The position numbers and the translations under genes were made by a program. A DNA stretch of 64,000 nt, taken from the NCBI GenBank assembly GCA_025594325.1, contig JANHCV010000007.1, positions 1,798,001 through 1,862,000 on the forward strand. Reading direction: 5' to 3'. Of this stretch, positions 21,791 through 35,100 are shown in pieces (position 1 is the stretch's first letter; the number at the start of each line of letters is the position of its first letter). The DNA is from Blastocladiella emersonii ATCC 22665. Its lineage: Eukaryota; Fungi; Blastocladiomycota. The notes below the pieces were generated by a model, which saw only the letters and a program-made list of their open reading frames with translations, was not told where the DNA came from and searched no databases.

Positions 21791-22495
21791 TCACGCGCTT
21801 CGTTTCTTCTTGCCCGCAGACGATGACCCGCCCTGCGCCTGGATCACCTGCAACTTGCGCTGAATCTCCTGCCTCGCGGCGTCGAAGTCGTGCACGACCT
21901 CGATCGGGATGCGCTTGGAGAAGGACAGCTCGGGCCCGTGGCCCGGGCGGAAGAAGGCCACGTTGAAGTGGTGCAGCACGCGGTTCACGCGCGGCGCGAA
22001 CATGCGCGCCTGGTCCATGGTCCGCTGGTAGTCGGCGCGGAACTGTAGCGCGACCAGCAGCGCCGCGCACGCTGCGAACAGGACGCGCAGGTAGTACGTC
22101 ATGCGTGTCGCGGGCGCCGAGGAAGAGGTGTCGGCCAGGAAGCCGCCGTGCAGGCCGATGCAGAGGCCGGCGACGAGGACGGCTTGGGCGACTACGTTAT
22201 GGCGAGGTGAGGATCAGGGAGGGTCCAGAGGATGGGGGAGCGAGGACCGTACTGCGGTACTTTCGCCTCCGCTGCCGAAAGTAGGTGACGTTGGACCGCA
22301 GCCGCTCCTCGAACACGGCGAGGTCTAGATGTTCATCTGCCGTGAGCACTCATCCCGTAGCTTGCAGTCTTCATCATCGAACCGACCTCGTGCAGACGAT
22401 GGGGGCGGGACGTGAACTTGCGGCTCGATCCCGGCAACCGTCGCCGACGTCGTGGCGCGGCCGACCGACGAGTGCCGCACATGGTCGGCGATCAT
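21791..22495 (-). CDS. SPO7: Nem1-Spo7 phosphatase regulatory subunit (Spo7/CNEP1R1-like), 3 exons
   Basis: Spliced SARDLAVFEERLRSNVTYFRQRRRKYRI, two hydrophobic segments, then FAPRVNRVLHHFNV. This fits the Spo7 DLxxFEERL...RRxKY and NRxLxxFN motifs. Confidence 0.7.
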
Positions 22496-22683
22496 GGTGT
22501 TGATGACGTTGCAGGTACTGTACAGAGCTTCGTTATGCGGTGTTCAAGGGAGGGGAAGGGGAAAGCGGAGGGGGTTGTGGCGGCGGCGCCGGCGCGACCG
22601 CGAGTGGGCGTCGCTCGCTTGCATCACCTCAACTGTTCTCCGCGACCCGGGCAACCAAAACTGACGGACACTTTCGATTCACG

Positions 22684-23303
22684 TTACAACCACGCCGGAT
22701 GCTCGGTCGGGATCCGTACGAGATCCGTGTCAAAGAGCTCAATGAACTGCTCGTTGAGGAGGCGGACCTTGGGCCCGGCGTACCGGCGGTACTCTTCAAA
22801 GATGCTGGTGAGGTTCCACCGCTGCAGCTTGCGCAGGCACCCGACGACGGTACCCGTGCGGTGGCGGCCGAGGTTGCACATGATGATGAGCGGGTAGTTG
22901 CGCGGGTTGAGGACCACCTCGAGCGCCTCGAGCACAATCTCCTCGGACACGGGGTCCCACGCGTTCACGGCGGTCGCGACCGACAGGTGCTCGAGCTGGA
23001 TCTCCTGGTCGTCGATGAAGTTGAGGCTACACGCGACAAACGGGGTCAGCGGTGCGCGTGGGCTGGCCTGGTCGCGAAGGGAACGCACAAGCGCTGGTTG
23101 GGCTCCTCGGGCGCGAGCCACACGATGGTCTTGAGCCCGAGCTTCTCGAGGAACGGGAAGTTGAGCTCGTTGGGCTGGCCCGACCGGTACAGGTCGTCCT
23201 CGATCATGCCAAAGTTCTACACACCCGCCGCGGGGTTGGCTTCCCGCCATCGCGCGTCCATCCGAGGAGCGCCTACCAGTGGTGGGATAAAATACTGCGA
23301 CAT
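22684..23303 (-). CDS. OCA1: Oca1/Siw14-family atypical dual-specificity (inositol pyrophosphate) phosphatase, 3 exons
   Basis: [20 protein letters not shown] and the CX5R loop in [36 protein letters not shown]...NEQFIELFD. Confidence 0.88.
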
Positions 23304-23531
23304 GGCGGTTGCATCAAGTTGCGTGGGTGCGTGATTGCTGGATGTGATGGGTTGAGGAGGAGAAAGGCCGACGCGTCGACGCGCGCAGTGGCGCAACGGA
23401 CGTGGCAGGGCGCCCGCGTGACCACTGCCCATCGGGCAATCCCGCGATGCGAGCGGGGGCAACACGCTCGGCCTCGGCGGCCGATCCAAACGGCTCTCGC
23501 TCTCCAACCAAATCAACAAAGACTCTTTGCC

Positions 23532-24284
23532 ATGAACCCACCCGCCGAGTGCCCCATGCATCAGAAGGCCGCCGCCGCCGATGCCGCGCCCGCCGCCGCG
23601 CCGGCCAAGTGCCCCGTGAACCACGGCCAGGGACCAGCAGCAGCAACCCCTGCACCGGCGGCGGCCAAGTGCCCCGTCAACCACGGCCAGACGACCACGT
23701 CGATCACGGGCGAGCCGCTGAACCCGCTCAACAACATGCCGCACCTGGCCGACACGCCGCAGCCGGACCAGGAGCTCCCTCTGCCAACGGACCGCGTCGA
23801 GTCGTCGATCCCGAGCGGCGACGGCGCGCGGTGGATGTACCCGAGCCCGCAGCAGTTCTACAACGCGCTGCGGCGCAAGGGGTGGGAGACGCCCGAGGAC
23901 CACATCGAGGTCATGGTCGACATCCACAACCACCTGAACGAGGAGGCGTGGGGCGAGATTCTCGGCTGGGAGTCGGCGCACCGCGAGGAGTGTGCGACCC
24001 CCAAGCTCCTGCGTCTGCGCGGCCGGCCCAACGACTGGTCGCCCAAAGCCATGTTCGCGCACTACTTCCGCGGCGCGCCCGCGCCCTTCGACCGCCACGA
24101 CTGGTTCGTCGACCGGTGCGGCCGCGAGGTCCGCTACGTCATCGACTACTACGCGGGACCCGATGAGGGCGACCAGCCCGTCTTCTTCCTCGACGTGCGC
24201 CCCGCTATCGACTCGCCGTCCGCCGCGTTTGACCGCATGCGCGCCGCCGCGAGCAAGTGGTTTGGCGGCGCCTCGAAGCAGTAG
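23532..24284 (+). CDS. Holocytochrome c synthase (cytochrome c/c1 heme lyase)
   Basis: Three N-terminal CP(M/V) heme motifs, LNPLNNMP, RVESSIP, WMYPSPQQFYNALRRKGW, HNHLNEEAW, PFDRHDWFVDRCGREVRYVIDYY. Confidence 0.96.
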   Translation: MNPPAECPMHQKAAAADAAPAAAPAKCPVNHGQGPAAATPAPAAAKCPVNHGQTTTSITGEPLNPLNNMPHLADTPQPDQELPLPTDRVESSIPSGDGARWMYPSPQQFYNALRRKGWETPEDHIEVMVDIHNHLNEEAWGEILGWESAHREECATPKLLRLRGRPNDWSPKAMFAHYFRGAPAPFDRHDWFVDRCGREVRYVIDYYAGPDEGDQPVFFLDVRPAIDSPSAAFDRMRAAASKWFGGASKQ

Positions 24285-24388
24285 TCGTCGTCGCCGTCGA
24301 CTTTAGCTCAATATACGTGTGACCCTTAGCTAGCTAGCAACAGAGTGGATGGTATCATTTGGTTTCACGCCTCGTTCCCCCAATCAAG

Positions 24389-27300
24389 TCAAGACTCGCC
24401 CACGTCCGCCACCGTCGGCAGCAGCAGCCGCGCGGTCCCCGACTCGTCGATGGGCGAGCCCGCCCCGACCGTCTCCGTGTCGGACGCGACGCTGCGCACG
24501 TCGCCGTTGGACACGATGGCCGCTTCGCCGCGCTGGCTCGTCGCTGCCGCGGTATCGGCTTGACTCTGGCTCGCGCTCGTCCGTATCGCCTGCGGCTGCG
24601 GTTTCACCGGCGCCGCGGCGGCGGCAGCGGCAGCGGCCTGCGCGGCCTTCCAGTACTCGAAATTGGCGCGCAGCTGGCCGATGGGCACGGGGATGGGCAG
24701 CACGGCGTGCAGGGCCTCGTACAGCGGGAGCACGACCCACGTCATGAACCCGACCTGCGACCCGGCCAGGTTGGGTGCAGCCGAGTCGCAGTACGGCGAG
24801 ATGGGGAGGCCGAGCCGCCGCTCCTCGTCGCCCTGCGCAAAGAACTCGGCCACGATCCGGTCGATCCATTCGCGGTAGATGGGCACTACGCACGAGCGGG
24901 GGTGTTAGCGTGCGTGATCGTGGCTCGAGAGAGGTAAAGAAAACGTACGGTCTTTGGTCGGATTCGCGACATCGCTGGCCTTGATGACCATCTTGAGCAT
25001 CATGGTGCGGTCGGCGGGCACGTCAGCGTTGAGGCAGTCCATGCGGGTCTTCCACTGGGTGAGCAGCTCGGCCTGGAGCTTGAGGTCGGTGGCGAGGACC
25101 AGGTCGATGACGAGGTCGCGGAACGCGCGGCGCTGCTGGTCGGGCCAGTCCGCCGTAAAGTTGAACTCGGGCCGGTGCATGACGGCGAAGGCGGTCGCGA
25201 GATGGTGCTGCTCGAGCACGCTGCGGTCGTTGTACAGGATCGCCCTTGCGTCGCCCGTGGCGATCAGGAACACGTTGCTGACGCCCGGGTGCGCGTGGTC
25301 GTGGATCACCGCCGCAAAGTACAGCGCGGCGCGCTCCAGGTCCGACACCGCGTCGCGCAGCCGGTCGCACGTCGCCGACAGCACGTGGCACCCGTGCAGC
25401 ACGTCGCACGCGTGCGTCGAGTTGTGGTACGGCACGGCGGACGAGTACCCGCGCTCCAGCGCGTGCACGCAGCGCAGGAACTTGTCGGCGGGGATCCGCA
25501 GCGACTCGAACAGGCCCTCCCGCGCAAACAGCGTCGCGGCCAGCGACAGCAGCGGCATTCCCTGCGTCGACTCGGCGAAATCGAAGATGGGCCAGTTCCA
25601 TTCCAGTACCGCGTCGAAGAAGGTCGTCAGCTTCGAGAAGTCGAGAACCGCGCCCGTCGTGAACCGAAGCAGCGTCACCTGGCCCGTCACTGGGTCGAGC
25701 GTCGCCGTCACGAGCTGCTGCTCCGTCGCGGTCGCGGCCGCGGGCCTGGCCGTGTCGAGCGGCGCCATGGCCGCGGCCGAGATGGGCCCGCTACCCTGCC
25801 GCAGCTTGTCGGTAGCCGTCGTCGACTCGGACCCGGCGGCCGACGCCGACGGGAAGTTGACCTGCGAGATGGACCCGGGTTTTGAGGACGCGGACAGGAA
25901 CCCGCTAGTGGTCGCGGTCGCGGCGCTCGCGAGGGCCGCGCCGGCCTTGACGCGGGCGTTGTTGGCGAGCGCGGCGCGGGCCATGGACGACGGCGTCGCT
26001 GTTGTCGCCGTCGTTTCGGACCCCGACGGGGCCGCGCGCGGGAGGACCATCTGCGACGCGCGCGGCATGACCTCGTTCTGGACCCACTTTTCCTGGTCCT
26101 CGTCGAGCAGCGGGGCCGTGGTCGCCGCGGTCCCTGCGCGCGTGTGCCCGCCGTTCGCGGCGACGACCGAGGCGCGGTCCGCTGCGGTCCCGCCGCCAAG
26201 CGCGACGGACGCCGACGAGGGCAAGAACTCGGGGACCATGGGGTTGGACGACTGGACGAGCTTGAGGATATGACTGAGCGCCGTGACGAGTGCGTGGTCG
26301 AGTTTCGGGTCCGCGAGCGTCTCGCGGAGAATGCCCACAGCCTTCTCGAGCGGGCTCGACAGGTCGAGGTTGGTCGCGACCACGGGCGCCATGCGGTACG
26401 CCATGAGCTGCTGGTACAGCTTGGTCGAGTTGCGCACGTAGAACTGGCTGCGGTAGAAATCGTCGCGCGCGCGCCGCTCCGTCTCGTACGTGAACGCCGC
26501 CACGGTCACGAGCACCAGGAACGTCAGCGCGCCCACGAACGCGTAGTCGGCGACCAAACTTGATACGGACGGCCACGGGTACACGGCGGCGCCCGCGACC
26601 ATGAACAGCGCCCACGCGGCCGCGCCCGCGAGGAGAAAGTGCGTGAACCGGACGCGCAGGAGGAGCGTGGTGACCGTGGTTCCGACGACGAACAGGAACC
26701 CGGCCTTGTGCAGCGACCCGCGCTGGACCGGCGCGCCGAGGTCGACGAGGATCATGGTGTGCACGATGACGCCGCCGAGGACCTGCGCGAGCAGGACCGC
26801 GACCGAGAGCCACGGCATGGCCGCGGCGCGCCGCGTCTCGCCCATTAGCAGCGACGCGCCGAGCGCGGCCACGTGCACGGCGAGCAAGAGCAGCGGACTC
26901 CCCACGCTCACGTACATGGAGTGGTGCGCCTGCAGCGACACGCCCTCGAGCGCCGACAGCGCGATGGACGCCGCGGCCGCGATCCCGACGTACAGCTGCC
27001 ACCCGCGGAGCGCCTTCTCGGTCAGCTCGCGGTTGAACTCGTGCTCGATGACGGGGTTCTACACGGGCGAGGCGGTGCGATGCGGGTAAGTCGTGCGTCG
27101 TGGATCGTGGGAGACGAGGGCCATGGCCGGACTCGATGGCCGGTGGCCAAAAATACTCGAGGACCGAGAATACAGCCAGTGGCCACCGATCCAGGCTCGG
27201 GCGAAGCGCAGGGCAAGCGTCAGCACGCGTACCTTGAACGTGAGATGGACGCGCGAGATCTGGTGCGCGAACGTCGCGGGCTTGTCCATGGCCTCGGCGG

Positions 27301-28417
27301 CGCCGTTGGCCGCGAGCGACCCGCGGCGCAGCGACGCGGCGCTGCTGGGCATCGGCTTGACGGGATCCGCGCTGCCGCCGCCCTGCTTGAGCGACCCGTC
27401 GGTGCTGTTGGCGCGGGCCGCGGCGGCCGCGCTGTACACGGCGTTCATGCTGGCCGTCGACAGCGGGACCGGGACCACGTTCGGCGAGTACTTGGCGATC
27501 GACCCGCGCCGGCCCACGCCTGCGCTTGTGTGCGCGAGCGTGGCCGCCGGCATCGACCCGCGCCGGCTCGGTGGCGGTTGGTGCGTCATGGGCATCCCGA
27601 CGAGCCCGGACTTGACGGCGGCGGGCGCGTGGTGCGCGTTGGGTTGGTGGTGGGGTATACTCGAGGCGCTGGCCGAGGTGGTGGTGGCCGAGGTCGGGTG
27701 CGAGTTCACTGACGCGACCGAGGGCGTCGATGGCGGGAGCGACTGCTGCTGGGCGAGCGGGGATCGCCTGCGGTCGGCGGCAGCGCGCGCGGTGCGCGGG
27801 GACGCGGGGACGGCCGGTTCGAGTTTCGGCGACGCGGGCGGGGTGCTGCCGCGCGACGACGACGGGGCGGGGGACGACGCGAGGGGGTCGGCAGCGGCGG
27901 CGCCGTCGTGGATGAGCGGACGCGACGAGTGTCGATGGTCGTGCGGGGAAGAGGAGGAGGGGGTCGCGGACGCCGGTAGCGGAGAAACTCGCGCAGGAGT
28001 GCTCGCGGCAGTCGCGAAAAGGGCAGGGTCGGGCTCTCCCGGCGCAGCGGAGGTGGTGCGGGTCGGCGGCGACGGGGTGGTCGCGGCAGCGGAGGCAGGT
28101 GCGCGGTGGGACACAGGCGGCGGCGACGCGAATGAAGAAGGTGCCGGCTGCCGTGGTTGCGGCGGCGGCGGTGCGGGTGCGGCGAGCGGCTCTTTGTCGA
28201 GGAGGAGGAGGCCGTCCTCGTGCGCGGGCAGGAGGCGACTTGCCGTCTCCCAACCGCTGACGCTGGCGGTCTCATCGACATCGTCCTGCGCCTTGTTGTC
28301 GAGATCACCGCCAAGCGCGCGCGCCGCGGTCCATGCTGCAAGCGCGTCGTGCCGCGCGCTCTCATTGTTGTTATTGCTGTGCGAGGCGGTGGTGGTGCGG
28401 GACGTGGGCTCCGACAT
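24389..28417 (-). CDS. Membrane-anchored class I cyclic nucleotide phosphodiesterase (6 TM + PDEase_I); introns 27059-27232 and 24886-24948
   Basis: YHNSTHACDV, AAVIHDHAHPGVSN, LYNDRSVLEQHH, LVLATDL, KASDVANP, EFFAQGDEE and SQVGF. Six hydrophobic segments lie upstream. Confidence 0.9.
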
Positions 28418-29288
28418 GGCGAAGAGGTGGGTGGTGGGGCGCGAGAGGGCACGGTGATCGGATCGATCGGGGCGGCGACGGCGGCGGTGGCAGTGTTGCG
28501 CGCGGCGCGTGTCCCGCACCAGCGAGGAAGAGGCGGACGGCAGCGCGCGGCAAGGATGAGCCACGGTGATGTGGCGGCTGTGTCGCGGAGCGAGCATCGG
28601 CCGACGCGCCTGCTACACGCACGTGGAGGCGCGCCGTGCCTCCCCCGCGAGTTCCTTTCGCTGCGGCAATACTAGTCCTCCTGAAAGCGGACCCTCCCTC
28701 GCGACGACGCATCCGCTGCGCGCTCACCGGATCACCACGGTCGGTCGGCACCGCGCCTCTCGCTCACTCCTCGCAGCGCTGCAGCGTTGTTGCAGACAGT
28801 GGAGGGTGGGAGATGCGGGTGAGGAGAGATTCGATCGAGTTCCCACCCGGCCTTGTGCGGGGAAGGCGGTTGAGGCGGGCGTGGGACACGCGCCGCGCCC
28901 GGCGACGCGTCAGTCACGTGGGGGCCGTGTTTCGCGCGGGAGACACGCGCGCCGCCGCCGTGTCCGCGCCGTGTTCTCGCGTCCGCCGCCTCGGTCGGTT
29001 GTGGGTGCGAGATGTGGGTGCGACCACGTTTGTTGAGAAAATGGCACCTGAACCAGTGCCGCCAGGCCGGCGTCGGCAAGCTGCGAGTTTGCGACCGCTG
29101 GTCGACGATCGGGTCATCAGCTCGCTCGGCTTCGTCGACTCGCGCAAGGATCCGGCTTCACGGTCAGAGCCCCCTGTACCGGCAGTCGACAAGGTGATGG
29201 ATGATGGCCTCGCATCGCGTCGCGGTGGTGAAAGCGGCGCGCCGATCGCCGCGCCCATCCGCGCCCCCCCACCCGACCCCGCCCTGCC

Positions 29289-32069
29289 ATGGATTCCTCG
29301 CCCCACCATGAACCGTGCCCGTTCCGACTCCCTGCAGGCGCCTCGGTGGCCGCCTTCAAGGAGTTTCTCGCGCTCAGGCAGGTCGACTGCGCCGTCGAGG
29401 TGCTGGCCGCCGACTCGGCGCGCATGGGGCAGTGCTGCGGCATGCTGCAGTTCCCGTCGCTCGACATGATGCTGCGCGCCTTCAAGGACGTGGCCCTCGC
29501 CGACTACCGCGACGGCGCCCTGCACGTCCGCGTCGAGCTGTGCGCCCCGCTGTTCCTCGCCTGCCACCTGCCGCGCCTCGAGTTCGTCCTGCCCGAGGGC
29601 GACGACTCGCTCGTCGACAGCAAGGTCACCAAGACCCTGCACGACATCGCCAACATGGTCAAGTCCGCCTTCCGCCGCCTCCCGCCCGGCGCTCCGCTCC
29701 TCGGCATCGTCCGCAAGTCCGACGGCATGTGGCCCTACGACCCCAACGCCGGGCGCACCGTCGTCGTCCTCCTCAACCACAACGACGCTGCCAAGCGGCT
29801 CGCTAGAGATATCAAGATCCCGCGGCTCGGCGACCCGCGCCGCATCGAGGGCACCCGCACCTGCTTCCCGCCCGTGCCCGCTGTCCATGGGCGCCGCAAC
29901 CACCATCAGCACTCCCCGCCGTCGGGCGCTCCGGCGGCGGCTCCTCCTGCCGCAGGAGCGTCGGCTGCGTCGACCGCCGAGCACTCTCCCGTGCCGTCGG
30001 CGCGACCGACTGGCCCGGTCTCGGCTCCGTCCTCAGCGTCGACGGCGACGTCCGCCGCCGCACCACCACCTCCGCCACAACCTCCCGCAGCCCAGTCCTC
30101 TCCAAAACGGCCCCGCCCCGCCGACACCCACCCCTCCCCACCCCCTCCCTCTGAGACCGCCAACAAGCGCCGCCGCATCACCCCCACCCTGCTCCCACCG
30201 AACGCCGCCTTCAACGCAAACCTCCTGTCGCTCGCCCCGCCGCGCACCAGCGACCCCGCCGCCGCCGCCGCTCCTTCCGACACCCCCGCCGACGTCGGCC
30301 TCGAGTACACGCTGTTCGCCGAGTCGGAGCGCCGCGCGCACCGCCCGCGGTCCGTCCCCAACACCTTTGCGCACGACGTGTTCGCCGACGTCCGGTTCAC
30401 GGTCCTCCCGCAGATCCTCGCCTTCGACGCGGCCGCCGACCGCGGGCCCGAGAACTGGCACGAGACGGCGCATATCGCGTACGCCGCGCTCGCACAGCAT
30501 AAGTTGCCGCCCGGCGCGACGGCGGTCGCGTTCGGGCCGCGCGTACTGGCCGGCCCCGTCGAGGAGGAGAAGGAGGAGAAGGAGGAGAAGGAGCTCGACG
30601 ACGCGGCCGAGAAGGCGGCGTCCGAGGAAGCCGACACGGAGGCGACCGACACTGAGCCCGCCGCCTCAGCGTCCGCCGCCCCTCCCCGCCCTCCCCAACC
30701 GCCGCAACCGCGGAACCCCGACGGCTCGGCGATGCACTCGGTGTACGTCGCGTGCGGCGGTCCGACGCTGATGCGGTTTACGTCCCTCCTGTTCCCGGGC
30801 CGGCACCCGGCCAACCAGCAGCTCCTCGACGACACGGCGGCGCGCGCGCGCGTCGGGACCCACGGCCGCCTGCACTTTGACCTGCGCGCCGCGCCCACCA
30901 TGCACCGCCGCATCGACGCCGTGTTCTTCGACCCGGCGCTCCCGCCGTTCCGCGCGCCGCGCAACGGTACGGGTGGGGGTGAGAGCGGTGCCGACGAGGG
31001 GCCCGTCGACCCGCCGCGCCCGCTGATCCCCGGCGGCGCCGTCGTCACCTGGGAACGCTCGATCCCGCCGCAAGGCATGGACGAGCGCGTGCCCGACGAG
31101 GTCGGCGTGTTTGCCGGCGCAGACCTCGCGCACGTCGCGCGGCTCAACCTGTTCCGCATCGAGCAGCTCGACCGCGCGCTGACCTGCGTCGACGCGGGTG
31201 CCGGCCACGTTATCGTGGGTGACGACGCCGGCGGGGTGTCGGTGTGGGTTCTCGCGGACCTCGCACGGCGACATGCCGCGGGCGACGCGGCCGCGGCGGT
31301 GGCGGGCGGGGTCGACCCCAAGTTCCACGTCGAGCTCGTCGGCCACGAGCGCGTCGTCGCCGTCAGCGCGCGCGTGCGGCACGGCGAGGTCGTGTATTTC
31401 ATTGCCACGCCCACGACGCTGTTTCTGTGGAAGGGTACGTCGGTCCCTGAGGTCCTGGTACGCTCTACTCCCTCCCGCCATCTTTGCCGCCATCTCTAAC
31501 CCGCCGAGCCGTCTAGTTCCGCGACACGGACTCGTGCATCCACGCCATGACCGTGAGCGACGAGGGCCTGGCGGTGCTCATGGTGCTGGACGCGCAGATC
31601 CACTACTACGTACCGCGGTCGTCGCCGCTCATGCGGTACTGGAAGCACGAGTTTGACCTCGGGCCCACCGCGCCGCCGCTCAAGATCCGGTTCGACCCCG
31701 CGAAACCCAGCATGTTCGCGGTTCTCCATGGCGGCGAGATTACGCTGTGGGACATCAACACGGTACGCCTTTTGCTCCTGCACTATCGCGACGCGGTGAA
31801 GCTCACAAGCGAGCGTGTAGGTCAAGGGCATCTTCATGCGGCACATCAACAAGGCCGTCCTCGACTTTGACGTGGTGCACCCGGTCTCGCGGCGGTCAAC
31901 GGGCGGGCCCGAGGCCGCGGCCGCCGCGGCACACCACTTTGTGACGGTCGGGCACGGCGGTGGGACCGAGTTTGGCGTGAACGACCCCAAGTCGCGGCGC
32001 GGGAAGCCGGCGCTGACCCTCTTCCGGCCCAACGACCTCGTGTACGCGTCGCTGAGCAAGCAGCAGTGA
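29289..32069 (+). CDS. Hypothetical multidomain protein: possible N-terminal RRM-like region and C-terminal WD40-like propeller; about 3 exons
   Basis: The 736-aa ORF is extended by two GTACGC...TAG introns into ORFs 31547-31870 and 31836-32069. LTCVDAGAGHVIVGDDAGGVSVW and GGEITLWDI are WD40-like. Confidence 0.6.
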
Positions 32070-32109
32070 AATAATAGAAGCGACCTCACATCATATATTA
32101 CCCCAAAAA

Positions 32110-35100
32110 CTAGAACGCGGACCGCGCGCGGAGATCCTCGATGCGCTTCGTGACCTCGAGCACAGTCCGCCCGAGCTCCTCGGCGACGTCGCGTTTCCGG
32201 TCGAGCGGGAGGCTGAGGAACTGCTCGCAGAGGTCGCCGTCCGTGACGGCCTTGACGGGCTTGTAGGTGCCGCGGAACCGGAGGTGGTCGCGGCCGACGA
32301 GCGACTCGGCGGCGGTGCGCATCTGGACCTCGAGCTGCGAGAAGAACTCGACGTCGTCCTTGGACGCGAGCGGGATCGCGCACGCAATGGCGCCGCCGAC
32401 CGTCGTGTACAGGAGCACCTCGCGCCCACCCGTCACAAGCGCCGCCTTGTGCAGGGACGTGATGGCGTCGCCGACAAAGAACTCGGCCACGCTGACCAGC
32501 TTGTGCGCGGCGCCGTGCAGGACCGACCGCTCGTACATGACGCGGTTGCCCGTCGGGTCGTCGTCGATCTCCTGCGACAGCTCGCGCGGCAGGCGGAGGA
32601 CGAACAGGTTGCCGAACTTGTCGCCGGCCGCAAACGTGTCGTAGTCGAGCATCGTGACGGCCGTCACCCACCGCGGGATCACGTCGTCGGCGAACACGAC
32701 GATGCGGTTGTCCTGGAACCGGAACGTGGCGACGTGCACGCTCTCCTGCTGGTCGCCGATGACGAGCCGCCCGCCCGTGACGCCGATCCACATGACGAGC
32801 GTCGGGATCTGCCGGTTCTCCGACTTCTTGAGCAGCCTCTTCTTGCCGAGGTCGTAGACGCGGAGCATGCGGCCGACGCCGGCCACGAGCCGCCCGTGGA
32901 ACGCGGCGAGCGCGCGCGGCACGTCGTCGACGGGCGTCGCGTGCACGTGCTCGATGCGCGTCCCGTTATCGACGAACCGGTACGTGTGCAGGTTGGCGGC
33001 AGCCACGGTGCGCGGGTACACGAGCCCCGTGGTGGTGCCGACGACGAGGAACGTGTCGTTGGGCGCGGACGCGAACTGGACGACCGCCGCCGACAGGGCG
33101 TACACGTCCGGGTCGAGCTGCACGACCTGGACCGTGTTCCCGTCGACCGGATTCAAAATGCGGATGCACGACGCCCACTTGCCGCGGTGCGCCTTGATCT
33201 GGCCGAACCGCGCCTCGGGGAACGCGTCGCGGTAGTGGATCACCGAGTCGTCCTCAAACTCGTTGGCCTTCTCCTGCAGCAGCTGCGACGCTTCCGCGGG
33301 CGCGTACGTGTTCTGGTCGCCCTCGAGCACCACAAAGTGCCGCGACACCGGGTGCACGCAACACGCGCGCGGCGTGTACGTGAGCTCCGTCGACTGCGAC
33401 GTGAGCGCGGCGCCGAGCTTGTCGGGGACGAGGATGCGCAGCGTGTTGCGGGCCACGGCGATCAGGGCCTCGGGGAACACCTCGGTCGCGAACCCAGCCG
33501 CGTAGTCGAGCGCGTCGTACTGGACCGCCGCCATGTGCGCGCGCCCGAGGTACGTGTAGCTGAGCCACGACCGCGAGCTGAGCGCGAGCAGCGCGGGGCT
33601 GCCGCCGACCTGCGTGCGGTACAGGCGCGGCGCGCGCGGGCCGAGGAACCGCAGCCGCGCGTCGTTGAGCTCGCCCGACGCCGGGTCGACCGTGGACCGG
33701 ATCATGACGCCGTTGGCGAGGCCAATGTGCAGGTAGGTCGCGGTCGCGCCGGGCGTCGCGCTGCCGGCATCCAGCATCTCGACCGCGCACAGCGACTCGG
33801 GCGCCGCATTCAGCGCCTGCATGCTCTGCGGCTCGAGGCACTCGTCCGGGTCGAGGCACAGCACGCGGACCGTGGCGTCGGCGCACCCGACGGCCGCGTA
33901 CCGGTTGCGCAGGCGGCCCTCGGGGACGGCGCCAATGTCGAGGCAGGTGACGGGCGCGGGCATGGTGCGGCGCTCCGGGTGCTCGTTGAGCAGGCCGTTG
34001 TGGTCGAGCTCAAAGTAGACGAGCTCGCCGCCCTGCAGGGCGATGAGCAGCTGGTGCGGGTTGGCCGTGGCGCGCTCGATCGGGCACCCGGGCGGCGCCT
34101 TCCACTCAAAGGTGCGCTTGTCGCCCTTGACGTGCCGGATCCCGTGCGGGTGCACCTGCACGAGGTCGTCGACGCCCATGTGCTGTACGCACAGCGTCTG
34201 CGCGTCCGCGAGCAGGCCCGAGTCGGTCACCTCCTCGACCGTCTCGCCGACGGCGAACACGACCGTGGCGTTGGAAAAGGACACGACGATGTACGCGTCG
34301 AACGGGTCGTCGGTGCGCAGCTTGGTGGTCCACACGCCCGTCGGCAGGCCGGGGACCTCGGTGACGGCGACCTCGGACAGCTCGAGGCCGGGGCGGATGG
34401 TGCGGAAGGTGGAGTTGGCGCCGCGGCCGCACAGGGCGTAGATCTGCGGCGACTCCTCGGCGCTGAGGTTGAGGACCTCGGCGGTCATGAGCGGGTTGGG
34501 CGCGTCGACCTCGTAGACGAGGGCGAGGTTGCGCAGGTCGCGCGGCGTGAAGTAGACGAACATTTCGTCGCCGACCTCGGACGCGGCATACTCGTGCTGG
34601 TCCGTGTCGGACTCGCCGAGGTCCTCGATGCGGTACACGTGGTGGTTGCCGAACTCGGCGGTGACGACGAGGTAGCCCGACTTGAGGATGAGCAGCGACG
34701 ACGCGACGGGGACCGTGTCAAAGTACTTGATCTTCATGTCGGCGACGGTGCCGTCCTCGCCGAGGAACATGGTGAGGCGGTACAGGTCCCCCTCGTCGGA
34801 CTGCAGCAGCACGAAGAAGCGGCCCTTGAGGCGGTGGGTGACGGCGGCGGCGACGAGCAGGCCGCGCGACGCGTCCTCGAGGTAGTTGACGCGGCGCGGC
34901 AGCGGCACCTTGATCTCGGGGTGGTCCATGTGGCGCCAGGTGAGACAGTTCTCGGCGCACACGAGCACGCCCGAGGGTCCGTCCTTGCCGCCGGGGATCT
35001 GGATCAGCTTGTGCGAGGTCGGGTCGACGGGCTCGCTCCACTTGCGCACCACGTGGTTGAGGCCGAGATCGAGCTCGTAGAAGGTCAGGTACTTGTCCGT

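Noticed and set aside
30960-31420. VPS11/PEP5 assignment for the 29289 gene
   Set aside because: Only one WD-like blade resembles it. There is no clathrin repeat or C-terminal RING, and the domain order is wrong.
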